Origin: Thermoplasmata archaeon
GTDB lineage: Archaea; Thermoplasmatota; Thermoplasmata; Lutacidiplasmatales; UBA184
Direction of reading: 5' to 3'
DNA: 39,914 nt
NCBI GenBank assembly: GCA_030039865.1
Contig: JASHUS010000205.1
Span: forward strand, 1 to 39,914
Shown here: piece after piece, positions 8,860 through 17,955 of the stretch
Numbering within the stretch: the stretch's first letter is position 1
Layout: the number at the start of each line of letters is the position of its first letter
The notes under the pieces: generated by a model
The model's input: only the letters and a program-made list of their open reading frames with translations
Told to the model about the DNA's origin: nothing
The model's database searches: none
Position numbers and translations under genes: made by a program

Positions 8860-10605
8860 CTACCAGCCCACCGGCGCGCCCTGGTTCTCGTGATCGAGCC
8901 ATCGCTGGAGCGGGGCGAAGTACTCCAGCAGCGCCGCCGCGTCCATGCGGCGCTCGCCCGTCGCGGCCTCGAGCGCGTCGGGCCACTCCCGGCGGCTGCC
9001 GAGCTCGAGCATGGACCGCAGACGTTCGCCGGCGGCGCGCGAGCCATGGATCGTCGCGCGGTGGAGCGGCCCGGAAGAACCCGCTGCGCGCACGAGGGCG
9101 CGGTGGAACTGGAACTCGAGGATGTGCGCGAGGAAGTAGCGCATGTACGGGGTCCCCGAGGCGACGTGGAACTTCGCGCCCGGGTCGAAGTCCGCCTCGC
9201 TTCGGCCGGGCGGCGGGGCGATCCCCTGGCGCTCGGTGCGCATCTCCCACCAGGTCCGGTTGTACCGCTCGGGGCCCACGTCGCCCGAGAAGACCCGCCA
9301 GCGCCATTCGTCCACGACGAGCCCGAACGGCAGGAAGGCGAGCTTCGCGAGCGCGCGGCGGAGCAGGTAGGGGATGTCATCGGTCGGTCCCGACGTCGCG
9401 TCGAGGAGGCCGATCGCCGTGAGGTACTCCGGCGTGACCGAGAGCGCGATCGTGTCGCCGATCGCCTCGTGAAAGCCGTCGTGCGCGCTCTCGCGGAAGA
9501 GGAACGGCTGGCGCGCGTAGGCCCGCTGGTAGAAGTTGTGGCCGAGCTCGTGGTGGACGACGAAGAAGTCCTCCTCGCTGATCTCAAGGCACATCTTGAG
9601 ACGAAGGTCGTCGGCGTAGTCGATGTCCCAGGCGCTCGCGTGGCAGACGACGTCGCGGCCGGGAGGGCGCACGAACATCGAGCGCTCCCAGAACGTCGCG
9701 GGCAGGGGCTCGAACCCGAGCGAGAGAAAGAATCGCTCCCCGTAGCGCACGAGCTCTTGCGGTGTGGTCTTCCGCTCGCGCAGCACCGCGCCGAGGTCCC
9801 AGCTCGGCCCTTCGGTGTCGGGCGCGAGGAGCGGGTAGATCCCGGCCCACGATTGGGCCCACATGTTTCCGAGCAAAAACGCGGGGATCGGTCCGGTGTC
9901 CGGAACGAGCTCGGGACCGTACCGGGCGCCAAGCCGCCGCCGGACATAAGCGTGGAGCGATCGGTAGAGAGGACGCACCTGGTCCCAGAGGCGCCCCGCC
10001 TCGCGGGCGAAGTCGTCCGCCGGCATGTCGTACTTCGCGCGCCAGAGGGCCCCGAGGTCCGGATAGTCGAGCTCGCGGGCGCCTCGATTGGCGAGCTCGA
10101 CGTACCGGGTGAAGTCGGAGCGCATCGGGCGGGCGATCGCGTGCCAGCCGCTCCAGGCCTCCTCGAGCGACGCCGGGTCCCGGCTCGTCTCCAGGATCCG
10201 CGAGAGTCCCTGCACATCGAGCGGCGCCGGGGATCCCCGAGGTTGGTAGCGCCCCCGGGCGTACAGGGCCTGCATCGCGCTCGACAGGCGGCTCAGCTCC
10301 TCGGCCTCGCCCGCGCCGGACGGCGCGATGAGCGTGAACGATCGGCGCAGCAGCTCGAGCTTGCGCGCGTCGACCGGACTCCGAGTTCGCCCTCGCAGGG
10401 CCGACGAACGCTTCGCGAGGTCCGTCGCCGCGGTCATCAGCCGGGCGGCCGCGAGCGAGGTGAGCTCCTCCGTGTCGGGTGTGATGAACGTGCAGTAGAT
10501 CCAGTCCGCGCGGTTCGCCTGGATCGACAGTTCGAGCAGGCTGCGCTCGGCCTGGTCGAGGAACTCGGCCGGATCCGCGGGTGGGACGTCGAGGGGTTCG
10601 CTCAA
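8860..10605 (-). CDS. M2 family zinc metallopeptidase (ACE-like peptidyl-dipeptidase A)
   Basis: HHELGH zinc motif, [45 protein letters not shown] start. Confidence 0.93.
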   Translation of the reverse strand: MSEPLDVPPADPAEFLDQAERSLLELSIQANRADWIYCTFITPDTEELTSLAAARLMTAATDLAKRSSALRGRTRSPVDARKLELLRRSFTLIAPSGAGEAEELSRLSSAMQALYARGRYQPRGSPAPLDVQGLSRILETSRDPASLEEAWSGWHAIARPMRSDFTRYVELANRGARELDYPDLGALWRAKYDMPADDFAREAGRLWDQVRPLYRSLHAYVRRRLGARYGPELVPDTGPIPAFLLGNMWAQSWAGIYPLLAPDTEGPSWDLGAVLRERKTTPQELVRYGERFFLSLGFEPLPATFWERSMFVRPPGRDVVCHASAWDIDYADDLRLKMCLEISEEDFFVVHHELGHNFYQRAYARQPFLFRESAHDGFHEAIGDTIALSVTPEYLTAIGLLDATSGPTDDIPYLLRRALAKLAFLPFGLVVDEWRWRVFSGDVGPERYNRTWWEMRTERQGIAPPPGRSEADFDPGAKFHVASGTPYMRYFLAHILEFQFHRALVRAAGSSGPLHRATIHGSRAAGERLRSMLELGSRREWPDALEAATGERRMDAAALLEYFAPLQRWLDHENQGAPVGW

Positions 10606-10780
10606 CGCGCGAGCGAGCGTCGCTCGAGTTATGAAGGGAGCCGGCCCGACCGCGACCCGGGCGTCCGGTCCGCCATTTGTCGGCTCCGCTTCTCTCTCGG
10701 GCCGGACGGTCCCGGTCGGCAGTTGCCGCTCGAGGTTCTGCCTTTATGTATGACGAACGTCTGACATGCCTCGGCGAGTT

Positions 10781-10930
10781 ATGTCGGACGGTTACGAAAG
10801 ACCCACAACACTCGCTGCGATCGCGCTCGACTACGTCCTCTCGGACGAGCCGCCCTGTCCCCTGGCCGCGCTCCCGTGCCACTTCGACTACCTCACGGGC
10901 CGCTTCCCGGCGTTCGCCGAGGGACGATGA
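10781..10930 (+). CDS. Small hypothetical protein (49 aa), not in the ORF track
   Basis: MSDGYERPTTLAAIALDYVLSDEPPCPLAALPCHFDYLTGRFPAFAEGR; TTTATGTA box ~30 nt upstream; stop overlaps the next ATG (ATGA). Confidence 0.5.
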   Translation: MSDGYERPTTLAAIALDYVLSDEPPCPLAALPCHFDYLTGRFPAFAEGR

Positions 10931-11145
10931 GCGAGGGCGCCGAGCGATCGGGTCCGGTTCCGCCGGCCGCCCGATGGTCGCTCGGGGTACCCAACGTCTT
11001 GGGCTCGGGGAGTCCGCGGGGATACGGCATGCGGCCGAAGCTCTCCCCAGAGGCGGCCGCGGCGTTCGCCACGTACGTCGACTCGGCCCGCGCCCGCGCG
11101 GCGATCGAGGGGCGGACGCTGATCTACACGGTGCGCTGGAGCTAG
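10927..11145 (+). CDS. Small hypothetical protein (72 aa)
   Basis: ATG coupled to the preceding ORF; fills the gap to rnhA. Confidence 0.5.
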   Translation: MSEGAERSGPVPPAARWSLGVPNVLGSGSPRGYGMRPKLSPEAAAAFATYVDSARARAAIEGRTLIYTVRWS

Positions 11146-11687
11146 GCCGGCCCGCGCGGCCGATCCTCGTCGGGCCCGGTCCCGCGCGATCTCTCGGATT
11201 CTTCGGCGCGGTCCCGTCCGCCGGAGGCGCGCGCCTCATCGAGGGCCTGCTTCGAGAGCGCGTCGGCCCGGGCGTTCTCCTCCCGGGGAATCCAGCGGAA
11301 GTCGACCCGAGCGAACGCCTTCGTGAGCGACCGCAGATGGTCGTGGTACGCCCGAAGATGGTCGGCCTTGACCTCGTACTCGCCGGTCATCTGCCGGACG
11401 ACCAGCTGGCTGTCCCCGAACAACTCCACCGGGCCCGTGTAGCCGTGCCGGGCCAACCACTCGAGCGCGCGGATCGCCGCGACGTACTCTGCGACGTTGT
11501 TCGTCGAATGCGCGGACCCCGGCGCCACCGCGAGCCCGCAGTCCTCGTGCAGGAACCCCGCCCCTTCGAGATGGTACCCGAACGTCGCGAGACCCCCGCC
11601 CCGCGGAGGCTCGCACGCGCCGTCGAAATGCGCGCGCACGGATCCCCCGAGCGACGCCACGCCCCGGGGGATCTCGCGGTCGTCCAT
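11142..11687 (-). CDS. rnhA: Ribonuclease HI family protein
   Basis: FDGAC, STNNVAEY, GDSQLVVRQMTGEY, WIPREENARADAL: D-E-D-D catalytic set. Confidence 0.9.
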   Translation of the reverse strand: MDDREIPRGVASLGGSVRAHFDGACEPPRGGGLATFGYHLEGAGFLHEDCGLAVAPGSAHSTNNVAEYVAAIRALEWLARHGYTGPVELFGDSQLVVRQMTGEYEVKADHLRAYHDHLRSLTKAFARVDFRWIPREENARADALSKQALDEARASGGRDRAEESERSRGTGPDEDRPRGPA

Positions 11688-11697
11688 CGATGGGCGC

Positions 11698-12219
11698 CTA
11701 GCCGTGGCGGGGACGAACGGAAGTGCCGGAGCCCGAGGGCCGAACGCGACCGAGCTTCGGGCAGTTGCAGAACGCCTCCGCGCGATGGCAACCGGGGCAG
11801 TCGGTCCGATCCGCCGCCATGCCGAGGGCCCGGCCGCAGACCCGGCAGTCGCGCGGGCGCGCGCACCGGGGGCAGTACGCGAGGTCCCACGCGATCACTG
11901 TGTGGCAGTACCGGCAGTCGACCGCTTCGCGGGGGCTGAACCCGGCCCGGCTCGCGGAGGAAGCGGGCGGCGCGCGGGGGCCCGCCGGCCGGTTCGAGCG
12001 GACGTCGGGGTTCCCGAACGTGCCCCCGACCGTCGTCCGCTCGGGGTTCGCTTGGACGGCCCCGATCATGATGACGAGGAGTCCGACCGGCGTGATGAAG
12101 ATGCCCGCCTCCTGCAGCGTCGTGAAGACTTCCGCGCCGTAGAGGACGATCGGCGACGCGACGAGTCCAAGGCCGCCGAGGATGACCGCTACCCCGAGCA
12201 GGGCGATCGAGCGGTTCAT
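11698..12219 (-). CDS. Two-TM protein with C-terminal multi-CxxC zinc-ribbon region
   Basis: CRYC, CPRC, CRVC, CPGC..CNC. Confidence 0.75.
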   Translation of the reverse strand: MNRSIALLGVAVILGGLGLVASPIVLYGAEVFTTLQEAGIFITPVGLLVIMIGAVQANPERTTVGGTFGNPDVRSNRPAGPRAPPASSASRAGFSPREAVDCRYCHTVIAWDLAYCPRCARPRDCRVCGRALGMAADRTDCPGCHRAEAFCNCPKLGRVRPSGSGTSVRPRHG

Positions 12220-12335
12220 CGGTTCGGTGCGTCGGCGAGCCGCCGGCGTTCGATGATAGCCGGCTACCGCCTCATAAAACGGTCGGCGCTCGCGGCGCCG
12301 CCGGGCCTTTTAGGACCGCCGGGTTGGGGGCGCGC

Positions 12336-12806
12336 ATGGCGAACCCCACCGCGACGATCCGCACGACGCTCGGCGACATGAAGATCGAGCTCTTCCGCGA
12401 CCGAGCCCCGAAGACGGTCGAGAACTTCGTGACCCTGACCCGGAAGGGGTTCTACAACGGGCTCACCTTCCATCGCGTGATCCCGGGGTTCATGATCCAG
12501 GGCGGGGACCCGAAGGGCGACGGGACGGGAGACCCCGGCTACGAGATCAAGGACGAGTTCCACCCGACGCTCCGCCACGACGGACCCGGCGTGCTCTCGA
12601 TGGCGAACCGGGGGCCCAACACCGGGGGCAGCCAGTTCTTCATCACCCTCGCTGCCACGACGTGGCTCGACGGGAAGCACGCGGTTTTCGGCAAGGTGCG
12701 TTCCGGCCAGGACGTCGTGGAGAAGATCGCCGCGGTCCCTCGCGACAAGAGCGACCGCCCCACGTCGCCGGTCCGTATCGTCGAAGTGACGATCGCGGGC
12801 GCGTAG
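12336..12806 (+). CDS. Cyclophilin-type peptidyl-prolyl cis-trans isomerase
   Basis: [50 protein letters not shown]. Confidence 0.97.
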   Translation: MANPTATIRTTLGDMKIELFRDRAPKTVENFVTLTRKGFYNGLTFHRVIPGFMIQGGDPKGDGTGDPGYEIKDEFHPTLRHDGPGVLSMANRGPNTGGSQFFITLAATTWLDGKHAVFGKVRSGQDVVEKIAAVPRDKSDRPTSPVRIVEVTIAGA

Positions 12807-12849
12807 GCGAGTGGGCGGCGGCGGGCGCGGTATCGATCGGACGCCGACC

Positions 12850-13428
12850 TTACGCCGGCGCCGCGGCGAGGGGCACGCGCACCGTACGAAGCGCGGTCCC
12901 CCACGAGATGACCTGGTCGAGCACCGCCGTCAGTGACCTTTCCTTCAACGGGTCCGGCCGGAACGTGCGGAAGTTCTCGAAGTCGGTGAAGAGCGAGAAC
13001 GATACCTGGGCCCGGACGGTCGCGACCATCAGCTCGGCCATGACGAGCCGGAGGTTCTCGACCGCCCGGACGCCGCCCGCGCTCCCGTAGCTTACGAAGC
13101 CGGCGACCTTGTTGTTCCACTCCGCGTAGAGGAAGTCGATCGCGTTCTTGAGCGCCCCCGACGTACCGTGGTTGTACTCGGGCGTCACGAAGACGAAGGC
13201 GTCGAGCGACGCGATCTTCTGCGCCCAGGCCTTGGTGTGGTCCTGCGAGTACTTCCCCATCGACGGGAGCGCCGGCTCGTCGAGGTGCGGCAGCCGGTAG
13301 TCGAGCAGGTCAACGAGCTCGAACTCCGCGTCGGTGCGCTTCCGCGCGAGATCGTAGACCCAATTGGCCACCGAGGCACCCACGCGGCCTGGGCGCGTGC
13401 TGCCGATGATGATCCCGATACGGATCAT
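12850..13428 (-). CDS. NADPH-dependent FMN reductase
   Basis: GSTRPGR, VTPEYNHGTSGALKNAID, SYGSAGGVRA. Confidence 0.93.
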   Translation of the reverse strand: MIRIGIIIGSTRPGRVGASVANWVYDLARKRTDAEFELVDLLDYRLPHLDEPALPSMGKYSQDHTKAWAQKIASLDAFVFVTPEYNHGTSGALKNAIDFLYAEWNNKVAGFVSYGSAGGVRAVENLRLVMAELMVATVRAQVSFSLFTDFENFRTFRPDPLKERSLTAVLDQVISWGTALRTVRVPLAAAPA

Positions 13429-13687
13429 ACACGGCCCCCCGTCGGCCGTCGGACGCACAGTTCCGAATTCGCTCCTCTCCCCCTCAGCTCGAGATCCGCC
13501 GATGCGAGCGCTATCATTTCGAAATCAGGTATCTGACGGTTAGCCTATAAACTCTCACCGAAACGCGGGTAAGCTGGTCACGGGCGGGTCGACGGCCGGG
13601 GCCGGCGATGGTGCCTGTCGTCTCTCAGTCGCGGTCGGTATGGGGTCCCCCCGGACGCGGCGCGATATCCCGCGAGAGCCTCGTCAC

Positions 13688-13840
13688 TCAAAGCCCCGCC
13701 TTCCGCTGGATCTCCTGGAACCGGGGATCGAGCCGAACGTACTCGAGCCGGGGGATCGAGCCGCGATACTTTGCGAGCGCATCGGCGTCGTGCCACTCAA
13801 CATCCCCGATCATGTCGGCGGGTATGAATCCACTCCCGGG
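13688..13840 (-). pseudogene. Fragment resembling the C-terminus of cyclase/TolB/TPR proteins
   Basis: Reads ..FIPADMIG..RLEYVRLDPRFQEIQRKAGL*, similar to the ..ADPRFADLLHKV tail of the adjacent gene. Confidence 0.35.
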
Positions 13841-13952
13841 TCAGTCGACTGGCCCGCGTAACGATCGCGTCAGATCCCCCGGCGTCCCCGCCCCGCGGGG
13901 ACGAAATTCCTCTGGGGGCAGCCGGGCCGATTCCGAATGGGAACGGAATACT

Positions 13953-15887
13953 CTAGTTGGATATGCCGTAGGATTTGCGGACCTTATGAAGCAGGTCCGC
14001 GAATCGAGGATCCGCCGCCATGTTTCGGTACGAGGGGTCTCGAAGTTCGCCGGCCCCCGCGACCTTGCGCTCAATCATGTCTTCCACGAAAGGAAAGAAA
14101 CGCTCCCGATCACCGATGAGCGCCATCGCATACGATACTTGGCCAATCTCACCCAGCGTCGCCGGCGAGTCACGGGCGGCGGCGAGGGCCAGAGTCTCAT
14201 CGATCAGTCGCGAAGCTTCCTCCTTGTTCCCGAGGTGCGCTTCGATCCGGGCCTGGACGCTCTTGTACCTCATCTCGTCCGGCTCTAGTCTTCGGATGGT
14301 TCGCAGATCCCGGTAGGCATCCTCTCGCCGTCCCTTCGTGGCGTTTAGCACGGCGCGGGCGAAGTAGGCCCAGGAGAGGGCGGGCTCCATTTCGATCAAC
14401 CGAGTCGTGGCCGCGAGACATTCGTCGTAGCGGTCCGCGAAGTAGTACGAGATCAGGAGAAACCACGTTCGAGACGATGGAAGCGGGTCCAACTCGTAGG
14501 CCCTCTTCGCCTCGTCGAGGGCTTCGTCCAGCCGACCCAGTCCCCGCAAGACATACCCGTACCGTTCATGGGCGTCGGCGTGACTCGGGTTCAGCGCGAG
14601 CGCCTTCTTGAGTTCGACTTCAGCGCCCGGGTAGTTGTCCCGCATCATCACGTTCGCCATGGCGACATGAGCCTCGGGCAATGTACCGTCGAGTTCGATG
14701 GCCCGCCGAGCGAGCGACTCGGCCCGTCCGTACCCCTCGTCCGGGTCGAGGTATCCTGCCGCTGCCAGATCGCGGTAACAATCGGCCAGCCCGGCAGTCG
14801 CCCGCGCCGACTCCGGATCGAGCTTCATCGCGTCCTCGTAGAGGACCTTGGCCTGTTCGGTGGCTTCCCGGCCGATCTTCGCCCACAAGGCGAGAGCTCG
14901 AAGGCAGAGGGCGTGAACTTCGGGACTTTCCGCCCGGCCCCCGACTCGAGGGGAGGGGAGCTTCAACGCTTCCGCAATCTTGCGCGCGATGTCGGACTGG
15001 GTCTCGAAGACGTCGTCCAGGCTCCCATCGTAGCTCTGTGACCAGAGATGGCTATCTCGCTCGGCGTCGATGAGTTGAACAGTGATTCGCACGCGGTTAC
15101 CGGACTTCCGAACGCTACCTTCGAGGAGTTTTCCGGCCTTCAGTTCGCGTCCGATCTCGGGCAGGCTCTTCGAAGACTGCTTGTACCTCATCGCGGAGGT
15201 CCGCGAGATCACGCTCAGACCGCCGATCCCGGACACCGCCGAAATGATCTCGTCCGTCATCCCGTCGGCGAAGTACTCGTCGCTGGCGGCGGGGCTGAAG
15301 TTGGCGAGGGGAAGAATCGCGATTCGATTCTGATCGACGGCGTACGGTACCGCGCCACCCCTTTCCGTCCACGGCATGACCACCTTGAACAATTCCGGGG
15401 GCGTGCTCACGTTCTTGAGTGGCTTCGGACCGAGGCTCGTCATGGGCAGTTCGAATTTGTTCTGGACCTGGTCGTAGACCTGCCGAGAGATACAGACCCC
15501 GCCGGCTTCTGCGAGCGGCTCGATCCGTGAGGCCACATTCACCGCGTCGCCCGAGATGTCGTCCGGGGTTCCCACCACGTCTCCGAGGTGCACCCCGACC
15601 CGGAGGAGCACCTGCCGCTCGGACGGCCGAGAGAAGTTCGCCTCGCGGCTCGTCCGCTGAATCTCGTAGGCGCACCGCACGGCCTCGAGCGCGTTCGGGA
15701 ACTCCACCAGGAAGCCGTCTCCCATCGTCTTGACTTCCCTCCCCCCGTGGCGCTCGAAAATCGGTCGAAGCATCGCGCGCTGTTCTCCAAGCAACTCGAG
15801 CGAGAGCGCTTCGTCGCGCTGACCGAGCGCCGTGAAGCCGACGATGTCGGTGAACATGATGGCGGAGAGACGACGGACCGACGCCAC
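13953..15887 (-). CDS. Class III adenylate/guanylate cyclase fused to a TolB-N-like domain and TPR repeats
   Basis: MFTDIVGFT, KTMGDG, RVGVHLGDV, DISGDAVNVASRIE; RIAILPLANFS..YFADGMTDEII; TPR helices. Confidence 0.9.
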   Translation of the reverse strand: MASVRRLSAIMFTDIVGFTALGQRDEALSLELLGEQRAMLRPIFERHGGREVKTMGDGFLVEFPNALEAVRCAYEIQRTSREANFSRPSERQVLLRVGVHLGDVVGTPDDISGDAVNVASRIEPLAEAGGVCISRQVYDQVQNKFELPMTSLGPKPLKNVSTPPELFKVVMPWTERGGAVPYAVDQNRIAILPLANFSPAASDEYFADGMTDEIISAVSGIGGLSVISRTSAMRYKQSSKSLPEIGRELKAGKLLEGSVRKSGNRVRITVQLIDAERDSHLWSQSYDGSLDDVFETQSDIARKIAEALKLPSPRVGGRAESPEVHALCLRALALWAKIGREATEQAKVLYEDAMKLDPESARATAGLADCYRDLAAAGYLDPDEGYGRAESLARRAIELDGTLPEAHVAMANVMMRDNYPGAEVELKKALALNPSHADAHERYGYVLRGLGRLDEALDEAKRAYELDPLPSSRTWFLLISYYFADRYDECLAATTRLIEMEPALSWAYFARAVLNATKGRREDAYRDLRTIRRLEPDEMRYKSVQARIEAHLGNKEEASRLIDETLALAAARDSPATLGEIGQVSYAMALIGDRERFFPFVEDMIERKVAGAGELRDPSYRNMAADPRFADLLHKVRKSYGISN

Positions 15888-15998
15888 GACCCGAAACCTG
15901 CTCCCGTTAGATTAAGCCCTACACCCCGGAGCCGGCGGAGTCCCACGTCGGAAAGTCGGACCGCTCGGGCTCGTCTTGCCCCAGGCGCCGGTCCGTCG

Positions 15999-16038
15999 AG
16001 TGGACACGGGGGCGTCCGCATCCCCCGGGGGAGTGGAC
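15999..16038 (-). repeat. att-like copies of the tRNA-Ala 3' end and its downstream flank
   Basis: 14/14 match to 17150-17163; 16022-16038 matches 17140-17156 at 16/17. Confidence 0.7.
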
Positions 16039-16073
16039 GCAGAGCCGACGCCCTTCCTGGTTTTGCGAGGTTA

Positions 16074-16262
16074 TCAGACCGATTTGCTCCCGGCCCAGAT
16101 CGTCGGCGCTTCGAGATAGCCTTCGAACACTTCGGTGAAGTTCCGGTTCAACTCGGCCCGGGTCTTCCCCACGGCGATACATCCGGGGAACTCCCGGCAA
16201 TACGCCCAGTACGATCCGCCCTCGCGAACGACGACCTCGGTGAACGACGTAGGATCGCTCAT
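16074..16262 (-). CDS. hicB: HicB-like antitoxin (N-terminal domain only, 62 aa)
   Basis: VVVREGGSYWAYCREFPGCIAVGKTRAELNRNFTEVFEGYL matches the HicB pattern. Confidence 0.75.
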   Translation of the reverse strand: MSDPTSFTEVVVREGGSYWAYCREFPGCIAVGKTRAELNRNFTEVFEGYLEAPTIWAGSKSV

Positions 16263-16492
16263 CCCGGCTCGACCTTCTTCGACTTCGCCTTTGCGAGAGC
16301 ACCGTCGATCCACTTCTCCCACCGCTCGTCCTCGAAAACGGCGAGGCGGGTCATCCCGGCGTTGGAGAAATCAATCCCCTCTCCCTTCGGAGGGAGGCTT
16401 CGGACAAGCAGGCCGAACCGGAAGTCGGGCTGCAGGGCCCAAAGCTCGCCGAGCTTCCGGAGGGTGAGGTCAATCCGCTTCGGGTCTGTCAC
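16259..16492 (-). CDS. Small protein with a YihD/DUF1040-like motif
   Basis: TDPKRIDLTLRKLGELWALQPDFRFGLLV..FEDERW; GTG start ~30 nt below a CTTAAAT box; ATGA overlap with the hicB-like gene. Confidence 0.6.
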   Translation of the reverse strand: MTDPKRIDLTLRKLGELWALQPDFRFGLLVRSLPPKGEGIDFSNAGMTRLAVFEDERWEKWIDGALAKAKSKKVEPG

Positions 16493-16554
16493 TCGCCAGG
16501 CCTCTCGGGCGTAAGCGGCCATTTAAGTTGGTGGGCGCGGAGAAATTCGCCGTA

Positions 16555-17058
16555 CTAATGCGGAATCGACTGCCTGACCACCGCGACCGCTTCGCCTGAG
16601 ATAACGAACGATCTCGACCAAGACGGATGCTTCGGAGGATGATAGACCAAAACGTACCGTTGAGATACTTCGGATGCCTCGGTAGTCGAAGGCCCGGATA
16701 GAACCGAGACATTGGCCCAAGAAATCCGCAGATAGTGGTCTCGGAATAGATATCGACGGGCCAGAATGAGGCCGCCCGGGTCCGATCCTACGTGATGGGG
16801 AATGAGGTCAACAGCCGGATAGATCTCTAGACAGAACACCCAACCTACCACAGCGAGCAAGACGGTGAACGGAAGGATCGCGAACAGCCCTGGTCGCGCT
16901 GCGACCGCTAATCCGGCGCCGACAATCGCAAGATCCAACGCCCCAACCAGAATCCAGATCATTTTCCTCGTCTTCGGATAGTCGGCGTTGAGGGCTAAGG
17001 GGCCCGGCGCCTGACTCGCGACGGACTCGGTATCGGACGCGAAACTTGGCCGAGCCAT
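16555..17058 (-). CDS. Hypothetical 2-TM membrane protein, low GC
   Basis: Two hydrophobic helices followed by a beta-rich tail; atypical codon usage. Confidence 0.55.
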   Translation of the reverse strand: MARPSFASDTESVASQAPGPLALNADYPKTRKMIWILVGALDLAIVGAGLAVAARPGLFAILPFTVLLAVVGWVFCLEIYPAVDLIPHHVGSDPGGLILARRYLFRDHYLRISWANVSVLSGPSTTEASEVSQRYVLVYHPPKHPSWSRSFVISGEAVAVVRQSIPH

Positions 17059-17151
17059 GGTTAGATTCCGAGACGACCACGAGAGTGATTTCGGCCCCCG
17101 CCTCGACCAGAGCGAGAGCACCAAGTAATGGATTCGAACCCCCCGGGGAAG

Positions 17152-17223
17152 TGGACACGGGGGGATTTGAACCCCCGACCTCTGCTTTGCGAAAGCAGCG
17201 ATCTTCCGCTGATCTACGTGCCC
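17152..17223 (-). tRNA. tRNA-Ala: tRNA-Ala(CGC), intronless, CCA not encoded
   Basis: Acceptor GGGCACG/CGTGTCC with G3:U70; D stem GATC/GATC; CTGCT-TTCGCAA-AGCAG; GGGGG-TTCAAAT-CCCCC; CTTAAG box ~27 nt upstream. Confidence 0.96.
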
Positions 17224-17299
17224 TCGCGCGGTGGGGAGGAAGCTTCGGCCTTAAGCGCTTCGAGGAGAGAATCCGTCGGGTGTCGTGTCCGGGGCCGGT

Positions 17300-17920
17300 C
17301 TAGGCCGCGGCGAGCCGCTCGCTGGCGGTCGCCGTTTGCGAGATCGTCGATCGGGGGGTGCTCGACGTCGCTCGACCGCTGCCGCCGGAGCCGCCGCCGG
17401 ACAGGCCCCCGGTCGGAGGGGGACGGTTCGTCGACGACGCGCGGCTCGACGGACGCGGCCGCGCGATCAGGCGCTGGTCCGCCGCGTCGTAGCGGAACAG
17501 CTCCGCGTAGCGGCCCCAGTTCACGATATTCTGCACGAGGGCGTCGGCGGGCGCCGTCGTGAGCGAGACGATCTGGTGGAGCTGCTCGTCCGAGAGCGTG
17601 TGGTCCGGCGCGCCGTCGAGGGCGCGCATCAGCGTCTTGAACAGTGTCGTGCGCAGCAGCTGGTCGCGGACGACCTCCTTGCGGTCCCGGATCGACGCGG
17701 CGACGAACCGCTTGCCGAGGTCGGTGAACGTCGCGCGGCCATCGTGGACGGTGACGAGCTTCAGCACCTCGGCGAACTCGAGCGCGGGGAAGATCTCGTC
17801 GATCTCGAGATCGAGGTCGTCGGCGAGCAGCGCGACGTCCTCGGAACCTTTGTGGGAGTTCAGGAGCACGAGGAGCCCGATCATCTCGGTCGGGCTCGCC
17901 TTTGGGTACGCGGTCGGCAC
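17300..17920 (-). CDS. Stand-alone AAA-associated (NitT/TauT ATPase C-terminal-like) wHTH protein
   Basis: MIGLLVLL..LADDLDLEIDEIFP..TDLGKRF..RKEVVRDQL..IVNWGRYAELFRYD. Confidence 0.85.
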   Translation of the reverse strand: MPTAYPKASPTEMIGLLVLLNSHKGSEDVALLADDLDLEIDEIFPALEFAEVLKLVTVHDGRATFTDLGKRFVAASIRDRKEVVRDQLLRTTLFKTLMRALDGAPDHTLSDEQLHQIVSLTTAPADALVQNIVNWGRYAELFRYDAADQRLIARPRPSSRASSTNRPPPTGGLSGGGSGGSGRATSSTPRSTISQTATASERLAAA

Positions 17921-17955
17921 GGGAATTCTCTACCCTAGACCTACCCCATGCTGTA

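Larger units (their letters stand above)
15999..17163. mobile_element. Integrase-less ~1.15-kb islet at the 3' end of tRNA-Ala, bounded by direct repeats
   Basis: AGTGGACACGGGGG at 15999-16012 and 17150-17163; visibly lower-GC cargo of three small genes. Confidence 0.6.

Noticed and set aside
13721..13762. Short direct repeat CCGGGG(G)ATCGAGCCG as a CRISPR remnant
   Set aside because: Only two copies about 27 nt apart, no spacer-sized interval, no cas genes
17128..17150. GGGGGGTTCGAATCC as a separate or split tRNA half
   Set aside because: No acceptor strand or complementary leader; better explained as an att-related remnant
12850..17150. Intact provirus or integrative element
   Set aside because: No integrase, replication or virion genes recognisable; only the 1.15-kb part has repeat boundaries
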